In this document: in pieces, positions 1 to 8,450 of the stretch
Position numbering within the stretch: the stretch's first letter is position 1
Layout of the letters: each line of letters starts with the position of its first letter
NCBI GenBank assembly: GCA_049521795.1
Contig: JBEKOM010000001.1
Location: forward strand, 608,001 to 672,000
DNA: 64,000 nt
Reading direction: 5' to 3'
Origin: Candidatus Bathyarchaeia archaeon
GTDB taxonomy: Archaea > Thermoproteota > Bathyarchaeia > Bathyarchaeales > Bathycorpusculaceae
Notes under the pieces: model-generated
The model's database searches: none
What the model was told of the DNA's origin: nothing
What the model saw: the letters and a program-made list of their open reading frames with translations, nothing else
Translations under genes and position numbers: made by a program

Positions 1-853
1 GTGGATAAGTTAACCTAGGTACCAATCCAGTATCATTAAATAGCTCTCCGTTCTTTGCAAATGCTCTATAGATATCGTCAAAACCTACAAAAAGTCTGCT
101 GGCAATGGCAGGGTCGTCTACAGTAGTTCCATACACAACTCGTTTGAAATCAATATCATCTGTACCGTATTGCCATCTCTCAACATCTATGACCCAAAAA
201 ACAAATTGCTCGGACAAGAATTGGTGCATCTTGTCCCAAAAATCTTTAAAGACTTTTTTCCTAAGCGGCTCAAAAGGTATTATGATTGCTTCTTTCATTG
301 TTGAAATTACTCCTGTTCTTTCCGAACCAAGAGTTTTTTTCTTCTGGATTGTTATGTCAGTATCGTCAAGCGAAAATGAACCAGTTTGTTGGCTCTTGAT
401 TTTTGCGGTGACAAATTCTATTATCGTATCGACTTTCTCTTTGTCCAACAAAGCATACTCAACTGTTACCATGAAATCTGACGGTATAGCCCAGAGTTCT
501 TTATAGATTCTACTAGCTTCATCAGTGTCAGCGAGTAATTTCACTTCGAAAAAAATACTCTCTCCATTCAGAGTTATTTTCAAATCTGGTCTATTCTCTG
601 CCTGAATGAACTCAGGGTTCAAGGTCTTTATGCTTCTTGCAAACTCAAGTTCGGAAATAGTGCTTTCAAAGTTTGAGGCATCCTTCAGTATCTTGATTTT
701 GCTAATCAAGTTTGGGACAGAATCTAACTCACCAAGAAGTTTGTCAAAATACGTTTTGTATTCAGAATTCAATTCAAAAGAAATTAGTAGAGGATGGTCA
801 TCGCCAAAAGAGTTAAGATATTTCTCAAGGTAGGTATTTGAAGAAAAATCCAT
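1..853 (-). CDS. PD-(D/E)XK nuclease-like hypothetical protein, 3'-truncated by the window edge (element cargo)
   Basis: Manual translation from ATG at 853 (MDFSSNTYLEKYLNSF...) stays open to position 1 (~284 codons). It contains SELEFA...NRPDLKITLNGESIFFEVK, the E...PD...(D/E)xK pattern. AT-rich; not in the ORF track. Confidence 0.7.
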   Translation of the reverse strand, partial: MDFSSNTYLEKYLNSFGDDHPLLISFELNSEYKTYFDKLLGELDSVPNLISKIKILKDASNFESTISELEFARSIKTLNPEFIQAENRPDLKITLNGESIFFEVKLLADTDEASRIYKELWAIPSDFMVTVEYALLDKEKVDTIIEFVTAKIKSQQTGSFSLDDTDITIQKKKTLGSERTGVISTMKEAIIIPFEPLRKKVFKDFWDKMHQFLSEQFVFWVIDVERWQYGTDDIDFKRVVYGTTVDDPAIASRLFVGFDDIYRAFAKNGELFNDTGLVPRLTYP

Positions 854-897
854 ACTTTCACAAAATAGTGCTGATTGCCCTTCGTTCTCTTATATTT

Positions 898-1369
898 TGT
901 GTGATATGTGTCTGTGTGATATGTCTGTGTTGTATGTAAGTAGTTAAGAAGAAGAAGAGAAGAGAGAGAAAGTGTGTGTTTGGGGGCAAACTTTACATCT
1001 TTTTCTTCTTCTTCACTTCTCTTATTACTATTAATTATCTCTCTTACTTTCTACACCTTGACACAAACAAAAAAACAAAAACAAACAAAAACAGCGCGCG
1101 CGCTCTAACATCACGAGAATAGTTGAGATTGCCAACATCCTAAATCCAGCAAGAACTGGCAGAAGGAAATGGACAGTTCAAGAAGTTGAAAAAATCATGA
1201 AGTGATATCCCTTTCTGTGTGTCTGTCTGTGCGTGTCTGTTTGTCTGTCTGTGTGTGTCTGTCTGACTGTCTGACAGAAGATAGTAGTAAGTAGGTAGTA
1301 GTAAGGGGAAGGAAGTAGTCGTAGTCGTAAATAAATAAGGAGAGAGAAGAAAAAGGGTAAACTTTACCC
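898..1369. repeat. Low-complexity arm/core repeat array: cores GGGCAAACTTTAC (984-996) and GGGTAAACTTTACCC (1355-1369) with graded TG/GTA/GA arms
   Basis: Read directly: TGTGTGATATGT at 898 and 913, (GAA)n and (TTC)n tracts, (GTCT/GT)n at ~1214-1275, (GTA)n at ~1282-1330, and the perfect inverted repeat GGGTAAA-C-TTTACCC. Confidence 0.8.
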
Positions 1370-1371
1370 GC

Positions 1372-2328
1372 TTATATTCCCAATTTAGGAATACACGCCA
1401 AATATGCACGCTTCAATTCATAGTGGTCTATGTGGTCGTATATGTCCATGGCTTCTTTGCGCCTGTCTCCCCTCAACTCCTTGACGAACTCTCGTGGCAT
1501 ACCGTTCCTTCGGAGCCACGTTGTGAACCAGTGCCTGAAGCAGTGTGGGCTGAAGTGGTCTTCTAGTCTAAGAGAATTTGGATTGTGGAAACCCAAGCTC
1601 GTTGCATATTTCACTATGGCTGTGTAGAGGCCGTTTCTGTCAAACCTCTTCAGACTTTGATAGCTGACAAACAAAGCCTTTGTACGTGGATTCAGCTTCT
1701 CTCTAACCTTCAGCCATCTCTTCAAAACGATAGCACACTCATCATCGAAGAACACGACTCTGTTGCTTCTCTTAGGCGTGCGTTTCAACGTAATAAAATA
1801 CTCAATCCAATTGATGTCGTCAACGTCTAAACTTAGTAGTTCGTTTCTTCGGATTCCGGTCTTCGCAAACAACACGGCGATTGCTCTGTCTCTAGGATCT
1901 AGAATAGAGTTAACTAGCATGCTCATCTCTTCAACGGTCAACAGCTTTCTTCCGGGATCATTGGCGTCATCTTTGTAGTTTCTCAAGTATCTCTTTCTGA
2001 ATGATGGCACAGGATTCATTTTCAGCAAGTCCTCAAAGATGAGATAATCATAGAAAGCTGATATAGAGGAAAAATAGTTTTCAACCGTTTTCTCCTTCAC
2101 ATGCCTGTCACCCCGAACGTAATGTAGAAATTCTTTCAGAACCCATTTATCAACTTCTCTAATGGACGCACCTCGACCACCTAAGAAGTCTCCGAATATT
2201 GATAAGCAGGACTTGTACCGTCTTACGCTTTCAACGGTCATGTTCCTCAACCTGCAATCATCACAAAATCCTTCAACCAGCCTGCTCATATCAGGAACAA
2301 GTACCAAGTTCAACCTTTCCACCTCCAT
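1372..2328 (-). CDS. Tyrosine recombinase/integrase, SNJ2-like
   Basis: N-terminal SAM-like core-binding domain; catalytic motifs TGIRRNEL (R), PHCFRH (HxxR), LRGD and DIYDH (Y). Confidence 0.92.
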   Translation of the reverse strand: MEVERLNLVLVPDMSRLVEGFCDDCRLRNMTVESVRRYKSCLSIFGDFLGGRGASIREVDKWVLKEFLHYVRGDRHVKEKTVENYFSSISAFYDYLIFEDLLKMNPVPSFRKRYLRNYKDDANDPGRKLLTVEEMSMLVNSILDPRDRAIAVLFAKTGIRRNELLSLDVDDINWIEYFITLKRTPKRSNRVVFFDDECAIVLKRWLKVREKLNPRTKALFVSYQSLKRFDRNGLYTAIVKYATSLGFHNPNSLRLEDHFSPHCFRHWFTTWLRRNGMPREFVKELRGDRRKEAMDIYDHIDHYELKRAYLACIPKLGI

Positions 2329-2849
2329 CCGCGTCCACTGTACGCAACTAGTCCGTAAGCTTCCAGCACTTCAAGCTGATTGCTTAACGCCTTGGCCAAT
2401 TCTGCATTTGCCCGGTCGATACCGAGACGAACCAGAATCTCCTCCGAGCTGTAAGACTTGCCCTTCTTGAGCAGTTCGATAAGCTCTTGGTCATACTGTC
2501 GAGTTCCCTCAAAATCCTTGACCAGAAAAGGTTCTGACCTGTAACGCTTCAGCTCTGTCTCCTGGTTCTCCACAAGCTTTTTCAACATTCTATTCTCTTT
2601 CGTCAATCCGTTGAATTCATCCTCTATCGTCTTTAGTCGCTTGACCAATTCCAGTCGACTCAGATACCCTTCTTCTCCTTCATCTCTCCTGATAGAATCC
2701 TCAACACGATCAATAACAAACTTTGACAGGGATGTCTTGGCAGCCTCAGATCGCTTCCGCCAATCATTAACCATCTCAAGTGAAGGCAAGTAGATGTAGA
2801 CGGTCCTTTCTTTGATAGTCTTAGTCTTGGGAAGAACACGCCCCGACAT
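2310..2849 (-). CDS. Integrase-associated DNA-binding protein (RHH-like N-terminus, coiled coil, C-terminal wHTH)
   Basis: RTVYIYLP...SLSKFVIDRVE is RHH-like, followed by a heptad region and LEVLEAYGLVAYSGRGWRW (winged helix). Overlaps the integrase start. Confidence 0.7.
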   Translation of the reverse strand: MSGRVLPKTKTIKERTVYIYLPSLEMVNDWRKRSEAAKTSLSKFVIDRVEDSIRRDEGEEGYLSRLELVKRLKTIEDEFNGLTKENRMLKKLVENQETELKRYRSEPFLVKDFEGTRQYDQELIELLKKGKSYSSEEILVRLGIDRANAELAKALSNQLEVLEAYGLVAYSGRGWRWKG

Positions 2850-2888
2850 ATCTTATCAATAACGTAGAAAGCATGGGACCTATTTAAG

Positions 2889-2902
2889 ATTTACCGGTAA
2901 AT
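2889..2902. promoter_or_regulatory. Perfect 14-bp palindrome ATTTACCGGTAAAT abutting the putative BRE/TATA of the accessory-integrase operon
   Basis: Palindrome read directly. On the minus strand it is followed by CTTAAATA, ~30 nt upstream of ATG 2849. Confidence 0.5.
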
Positions 2903-2905
2903 TAG

Positions 2906-2990
2906 TGCGGGGGGTGGGATTTGAACCCACGAACCCCTGCGGGATAGGCGCCTCAGGCCTACGCCTTTAGCCATGCTTGGCAACCCCCGC
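2906..2990 (-). tRNA. tRNA-Leu(GAG)
   Basis: Reverse complement GCGGGGGTTGCCAAGCATGGCTAAAGGCGTAGGCCTGAGGCGCCTATCCCGCAGGGGTTCGTGGGTTCAAATCCCACCCCCCGCA: acceptor stem, anticodon loop CT-GAG-GC, long variable arm, GGTTCAAATCC T-loop. No intron and no encoded CCA. Confidence 0.95.
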
Positions 2991-3090
2991 CCTTGTGAAC
3001 CGGTCGCTCTATCTCGTAACCTTTAGTCTGAATTAAATCTTGCCCATTGTACGTTGAACAATAAAAAGGAATAGTTGAGCGTTTGGTTCT

Positions 3091-3534
3091 TTAGATTATG
3101 CGAAAATCTTCTTTAATCGTGGTCAACACGACATGCGTGTTCGTTCGTTCCACGTTAGCTAGTGACAAGAGACGTTTTGTGAATCTGCTGAGGTCTTCGC
3201 GGTTCTTGAATTTTGCGATTATCGCGGCGTCTGACAGGCCGGTCAGGTCGTAAACGCAGCACACGTTAGGAATGCGGGCGATCTCGTTTTCCATCTCTAG
3301 AAGTCTTCCCTTGGAAACAGTTATTTCTGTCACAACCGTCAGCTCGTAGCCGAGTTTTTCTTGGTCGAGGAGCGCTGTGTATCCCTTTATTATGCCTTCG
3401 TCTTCCATCTTCCTTATTCTTGACAGCGCCGTGCCCACAGAAACGCCACATTGCTTGGCTATCTGCCTCGAGGAAAGCCTCGAGTCCAGGGTCAACGCCC
3501 TTAAAATTTTGACGTCTGTTTCGTCCAACTGCAT
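3091..3534 (-). CDS. Lrp/AsnC family transcriptional regulator
   Basis: LDETDVKILRAL...RIRKMEDEGIIKGY HTH plus C-terminal RAM domain. Confidence 0.93.
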   Translation of the reverse strand: MQLDETDVKILRALTLDSRLSSRQIAKQCGVSVGTALSRIRKMEDEGIIKGYTALLDQEKLGYELTVVTEITVSKGRLLEMENEIARIPNVCCVYDLTGLSDAAIIAKFKNREDLSRFTKRLLSLANVERTNTHVVLTTIKEDFRII

Positions 3535-3715
3535 ATTTCATCACAGTCATTGTGCATTTATCCAATTGCTGCAAGAAAGACTTAACATTTGCCTTCCAAA
3601 TCAGTAATGAAGTATAACTTTGTACAGACGGCTTCGACTCTCATGTAAGCTCCACAAGGCAGTTCCAATGGGTTTGCTGGGCCTAGACGACCCATATGTC
3701 ATTTCAAATTGATTC

Positions 3716-4474
3716 TCACACTTTAGGTTTCTCAAGCAAATCTTTCATTTTTGCTTCTTTCAGTAGTTTAACGTGTCTAGCAAGTTCTCTGACAACTGCT
3801 TCGAAGTCCTTTCTGCCCTTCGCGACAGAAGCTGTTGAAGTTTTACCGAAAGCGCCCGAGCTCGTTTCATCCACGGTCCCTAAGGGAAGCGTTATGCCAG
3901 CGGCCTCCAGTTTGTGCTTGCCTGGTTCTTCATCTACCGCTCTACTCATGTTCACCAAATGCGGGTGCATGGCAAGGTTCAACGAGGTCTCCTCAGCAGC
4001 CGCGTGCCTTCTCTCGTCCTCTGCGAAAAGCTTGGGCAAAAGTTTGCCCGTGGCCGTCCACCATTGAAAGACAGACACGAAAACTCCGTCTTCTCTCAGC
4101 TCTCTCGCCATCTCGGTGAGCGCAGCCAGGTTGCCTCCGTGGCCGTTGACGATCACTATTCTGCGTACTCCGTAGTATTGTAGTGCCAGACAAGTTTCTT
4201 TAACGTACTTCTTGAAGGTTCTGGCAGAAACAAAAATCGTCCCCCAGAACTGCTTGTGATGAGGGCTCACGCCAAACGGTATAACTTGAAGGCACATCAC
4301 CCCTGTGCGTTTGGCCACTTCCTCAGCAATGCCTTTGGCAATCAGGTGGTCCGTGCCTAAAGGGTTAGGAGGCCCGTGCTGTTCGTTTGACCCTACTGGG
4401 ATAATGGCGATGTCGCTCTTAGCAAAATATTCCTTGGCTTCCTGCCAACTCATCTCATGAAGCAAGACTTTCAA
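3716..4474 (-). CDS. Creatininase family amidohydrolase
   Basis: PVGSNEQHGP, GTD, NGHGGN and HAAAEET motifs. Start reassigned to TTG 4474 after a GGTGA SD-like motif. Confidence 0.9.
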   Translation of the reverse strand: MKVLLHEMSWQEAKEYFAKSDIAIIPVGSNEQHGPPNPLGTDHLIAKGIAEEVAKRTGVMCLQVIPFGVSPHHKQFWGTIFVSARTFKKYVKETCLALQYYGVRRIVIVNGHGGNLAALTEMARELREDGVFVSVFQWWTATGKLLPKLFAEDERRHAAAEETSLNLAMHPHLVNMSRAVDEEPGKHKLEAAGITLPLGTVDETSSGAFGKTSTASVAKGRKDFEAVVRELARHVKLLKEAKMKDLLEKPKV

Positions 4475-4553
4475 GTCGTTCACCTTTTCACGAAACGGTT
4501 TTATTATGAGCCAACTGAATATAAGTCTGCACTCTGGACTCAGGGGAAAAAAT

Positions 4554-5639
4554 TTGAAGGCAGTAATCCTCGCTGGCGGGTTCGGCACAAGACTCAGACC
4601 TCTAAGCTGCACGCGCCCGAAGATTCTTTTTCCAATACTTAACAAGCCACTGCTCCAGTGGACTTTCGAAAGACTCGCGATGAACAATGTTAAAGACGTA
4701 ACACTTGCAGTCTTCTATCAAACCGAAGTCTACATAAAACATCACAGGGTTCCAAGGTCTGGGGTACACGTCAACTATTCTCACGATCCACTGAGAAAGC
4801 CGCTCGGAACTGGCGGGTCAATCAAGAAGGCTGAAAAGCGAATTGGACACGAATCCCCGTTCATAGTCCTTAACGGTGACATATTCGCCGACGTTAACTA
4901 CAGAGAAATCCTGAGTCTACACGAGAAGAAAAAAGGTGTGGCAACCATAGCGCTTCACAAAGTGCAGGACCCAAGCAGGTACGGAGTTGCAGAGCTGTCA
5001 GAGGGCGACCGCATTTCGAGATTCATTGAGAAACCCCCGGCGGGAAGCGTTTCCCCCGCCCTAATCAATGCTGGAGTCTACGTTTTCAGCCCGAAAATCT
5101 TCGACTATATTCCGGAAGGGCGAGCGGTGTCGATCGAACGAGAGGTTTTTCCAAGGCTTGCGCAAGAAAAAGCACTCTATGGTTACGTTTTCGATGGTTT
5201 TTGGGCGGACATAGGCAAGCCAGAGGACTATCTGGAACTGAACAAGATCATGCTCAATCATGCTGGTAGTCAAAGAAAGATGAAAGGCGGAGACAACGTT
5301 GAAATCAAGAATGCTGTGGCTTTCGGCAAGAACATCTCGATAGGGAAACAGTCGGTTATCGGTCCATACGCTGTTCTAGGATCAAAAGTTGCAGTTGGAA
5401 GGAACGTTCGCATTCAAGACTCCATTGTTCTGTCTGGAACAGTGATATCCGATTTTGCCACGATAGATGGCGCCATAATCGGCGAGGGCGTTCATGTTGG
5501 AAAGAGTGTCTGCATTCCGAAAGGCTGTATAATCGGCGACTACGCTGAAATAAGAGACGACGTTTCATTAGCCCCGGGAACTTCGATCTGCCCAGCGAAG
5601 GAAGTCAGTGAAAGCGTGTTGATTTCCAATTCGGCTTAA
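4554..5639 (+). CDS. NDP-sugar pyrophosphorylase (mannose-1-phosphate guanylyltransferase-like) with left-handed beta-helix
   Basis: LAGGFGTRLRPL...PK, GD and FIEKP motifs, plus hexapeptide repeats. Confidence 0.92.
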   Translation: MKAVILAGGFGTRLRPLSCTRPKILFPILNKPLLQWTFERLAMNNVKDVTLAVFYQTEVYIKHHRVPRSGVHVNYSHDPLRKPLGTGGSIKKAEKRIGHESPFIVLNGDIFADVNYREILSLHEKKKGVATIALHKVQDPSRYGVAELSEGDRISRFIEKPPAGSVSPALINAGVYVFSPKIFDYIPEGRAVSIEREVFPRLAQEKALYGYVFDGFWADIGKPEDYLELNKIMLNHAGSQRKMKGGDNVEIKNAVAFGKNISIGKQSVIGPYAVLGSKVAVGRNVRIQDSIVLSGTVISDFATIDGAIIGEGVHVGKSVCIPKGCIIGDYAEIRDDVSLAPGTSICPAKEVSESVLISNSA

Positions 5640-5661
5640 AGGCAATAGAGGAAGTTTGAAC

Positions 5662-7038
5662 ATGTTAAGTGCGAGACGCTTGTTCGGCACGAACGGCATC
5701 CGTGGGCTTGTCAATGAAGAATTGACACCTGAAATGGCGGTGAAAGTTGGATGCGCAATAGGCACGTTCTTTAAGAATGGGACTCTCTTGGTGGGCTATG
5801 ATGCCAGAACCAGCGGGCCAATGCTTGAAAAGGCTGTTGTAGCCGGGTTGACAGCAACAGGATGCGACGTGCTTCTAGCAGGGATGGCACCTACACCAGC
5901 GCTGCAGTACGCAGTCAGGTACAACAGGCTCAGAGGCGGAGTAATTATAACGGCATCGCACAACCCGCCAGAGTACAACGGGATAAAAGTTATCTGGAAT
6001 GATGGCGTGGAAATCTCGCGCGAACAGGAAATTGCGGTCGAGGACGTATATTTCAACGAAAGGATCAGGTTTTCGAAATGGAGCGATGTCGGAGAGACGC
6101 GCGACCTGCCTGGAGTAATCGACGACTATGTCAACGCTGTAGAAAAGCACGTGGACACTGCAGCAATATCTCGGAAACACTTCCACGTTGTGGTTGATGC
6201 AGCAAACAGCGTGGGCGCGTTGGCTGCGCCGCGATTGCTTCGCGAACTAGAATGCAAGGTTACAACCATAAACGCAAACATTGATGGAACATTTCCCGGT
6301 AGGCCTCCTGAACCCCGCCCTGAGAACCTCAGGGACTTGGCTTTGACCGTGAAAGCCATGAGAGCAGATTTGGGCGTGGCATACGACGGTGACGCTGATC
6401 GGTCCATTTTCGTCGATGAAAAAGGACATATCCACATGGGCGATGAGAGCTTCGCTCTCGTAGAAAAATACTTCCTGAAAGACAACCCGAATGAAGAGGT
6501 TGTCACTCCTGTGAGTTCTTCAAACTTGATAAAGGACATAGCCGACGCGTACAAGGGAAAAATCGTGTGGACCAAAGTGGGAAGCGTCACAGTTGCGCAA
6601 ACCATGAAGAAGTTGAAGGCCAAGCTCGGCGGAGAAGAAAACGGCGGAATCTTCTACGGACCTCATCAGCCAGTTCGAGACGGGGCAATGTCTACCGCTC
6701 TAATATTACAGATAATGGCCAAAACTGGGGAGAAGCTTTCAAGACTAATTCAAGAGCTGCCACAGTACTTCATTAAAAAAGACAAAGTCGAATGCAAAGA
6801 GGAACTCAAGGAAAAGGTTCTGGAAAAGCTGATCTCACAGGTGAAAGAATTGAACATAAATACCATCGACGGCGTCAAAATTTGGTTCAAAGACGGGCAA
6901 GCCATCCTGATCAGACCAAGCGGGACAGAACCTATCTACCGACTGTACGCAGAAGCCAAGACAGAGCGAAAAGCCCAAAAACTCGTCAAAGAGTACACTC
7001 TAAAGCTTAAGAAAATAGTTTCCAGCCTGAACCGTTAA
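5662..7038 (+). CDS. glmM: Phosphohexomutase (phosphoglucosamine mutase/PMM-PGM)
   Basis: FGTNGIRG, TASHNP, DGDADR, GEENGG and RPSGTEP motifs. Confidence 0.88.
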   Translation: MLSARRLFGTNGIRGLVNEELTPEMAVKVGCAIGTFFKNGTLLVGYDARTSGPMLEKAVVAGLTATGCDVLLAGMAPTPALQYAVRYNRLRGGVIITASHNPPEYNGIKVIWNDGVEISREQEIAVEDVYFNERIRFSKWSDVGETRDLPGVIDDYVNAVEKHVDTAAISRKHFHVVVDAANSVGALAAPRLLRELECKVTTINANIDGTFPGRPPEPRPENLRDLALTVKAMRADLGVAYDGDADRSIFVDEKGHIHMGDESFALVEKYFLKDNPNEEVVTPVSSSNLIKDIADAYKGKIVWTKVGSVTVAQTMKKLKAKLGGEENGGIFYGPHQPVRDGAMSTALILQIMAKTGEKLSRLIQELPQYFIKKDKVECKEELKEKVLEKLISQVKELNINTIDGVKIWFKDGQAILIRPSGTEPIYRLYAEAKTERKAQKLVKEYTLKLKKIVSSLNR

Positions 7039-7070
7039 ACCTCCAATACCTTCTGGGAGACAAGAATCAC

Positions 7071-8450
7071 ATGTCGTTGCCGATAATGAACGCAAAACCT
7101 GAAGACCTCAACACCGTCGAGAAATGCGGAAAATACACCGTGTGCATAGTAGGCTGCGGACAGGTCGGACTTCACCACGCTGCACTCTTCGCCGAAGCTG
7201 GTTTCAAAGTCGTATGCTTTGACGCAGACCAGATCGTGGTCAACAACGTTGCCAGAGGAAGAACTCCGTTTTCACAAAGCGAAACAGAGGCGAAGATAAA
7301 AGAGCAGGTGAGAAAAGGCCGCTTGACTGCAACAAGCGACATTAAGAAAGCAGTCTCCCCGAGTGACATAATCGTGTTCACAATTCCAGTGCGAACTGAC
7401 GGTAGGAAAAAGCCTGACTACTCAAACGTGGAGGGTGTGTGCAAACGAATAGGCTCAAGTCTTCGACTCGGGTCGCTTGTCATCTTCGTGAAGCTAGCTG
7501 GGATAGGCATCGTCGAGGGCACTGTTAAAGAGGCGCTTGAAAACAGTTCCGGTTTCAGGGTTGGTACAGACTTCGGATTGGCATACAGTCCGTTCCACGG
7601 TTTATCCAGTCAGGGTCAAGCAACAACCGCAGACCGCCCCCGACTAGTGGCGGCAACTGAAGGAAAGAGTCTGAACGCTGCCTCAGCCGTGTTGGCTCTA
7701 GTCTCAAGAGGCGGTCTAGAAAAGACTGCAAACATGAAAGCAGCAGGGGCGGCTTCCCTCTTCCAAATTCAGCAAAAAGATGTCGCCGTTGCCCTTGCAA
7801 ACGAGCTAGCCCTCTTCTGCGAGAAAATCGGCGTTGACTATTTTGAGGCAAACGAGCTCTTGGCTGGAAGTGTAAGCAGTCTTCTCGAACCGCCCGTCTT
7901 TTCCAACGAGAACATCCAAGAAGAACCATATCTATTGCTGGCGGACGCCGAGAATCAGAACGTGAAGTTGCGGATTCCAGCAATCGCCAGAGAGATAAAC
8001 GAACAGATAGCAAAGCACGTTGCCAACTTGGTGAAGGATGCTTTGAGAAGCTGTGGAAAAACGCTTAGAAGGTCCAGGGTTTCTCTCCTTGGGCTGTCGC
8101 AGATGCCCAACACAAGGAGCCATCCGAAGAGAATCGTGAAGCAAATCGTACAGATTCTCACTGCTAGGGGGGCCAGGATAAGACTCTACGACCCATACTT
8201 CTCGGAGAACGAGCTGGGCGACTTGAAACCGCTATTCAAGAAAAACCTTACCGAAGCCCTTGAGGCCGCAGACTGCATCGTGATACTCACAGGCCACGAC
8301 CAGTTCAAGCGGCTAGGTCTCAACAAACTGAAGGTCATGATGAAAAAGCCAAGTGCTATTGTTGACTTAGAAAGAGTCGTAGAACCAGCGAAGGCAGAAA
8401 AGGAAGGTTTCATATACCGTGGCCTGGGAAGAGGGGTGTGGACAAAATGA
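7071..8450 (+). CDS. UDP-glucose/GDP-mannose (WecC/WbpA-like) dehydrogenase homolog with degenerate catalytic motifs
   Basis: GCGQVG Rossmann motif, DFGLAYSP, ALANELA and C-terminal YDP...LTGHDQF. No GGxC motif. Confidence 0.85.
   Translation: MSLPIMNAKPEDLNTVEKCGKYTVCIVGCGQVGLHHAALFAEAGFKVVCFDADQIVVNNVARGRTPFSQSETEAKIKEQVRKGRLTATSDIKKAVSPSDIIVFTIPVRTDGRKKPDYSNVEGVCKRIGSSLRLGSLVIFVKLAGIGIVEGTVKEALENSSGFRVGTDFGLAYSPFHGLSSQGQATTADRPRLVAATEGKSLNAASAVLALVSRGGLEKTANMKAAGAASLFQIQQKDVAVALANELALFCEKIGVDYFEANELLAGSVSSLLEPPVFSNENIQEEPYLLLADAENQNVKLRIPAIAREINEQIAKHVANLVKDALRSCGKTLRRSRVSLLGLSQMPNTRSHPKRIVKQIVQILTARGARIRLYDPYFSENELGDLKPLFKKNLTEALEAADCIVILTGHDQFKRLGLNKLKVMMKKPSAIVDLERVVEPAKAEKEGFIYRGLGRGVWTK

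Larger units (their letters stand above)
1..2905. mobile_element. One end of a tRNA-Leu-integrated element (integrase + accessory gene + cargo), continuing beyond the window start
   Basis: Tyrosine integrase module immediately 3' of a tRNA gene, AT-rich cargo and low-complexity repeats. The second att copy is not in the window. Confidence 0.75.

Noticed and set aside
105-833. Plus-strand ORFs 105..506 and 606..833
   Set aside because: Antisense shadows of the long minus-strand frame 1-853; Ser/Phe/Ile-rich with no motifs.
898-1369. CRISPR array or classical integron attC
   Set aside because: No identical 25-40 bp repeats with unique spacers and no cas genes. No RYYYAAC/GTTRRRY attC pair was noticed, and the integrase has SNJ2-type rather than IntI features.
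1140-1409. 89-aa minus-strand ORF (TTTTT, QTDTHRQT)
   Set aside because: Merely a translation of the low-complexity arm C.
4475-4687. Long N-terminal extension of the creatininase ORF overlapping the divergent nucleotidyltransferase
   Set aside because: Artefact of taking the longest ORF; an SD-preceded TTG at 4474 matches the family start.
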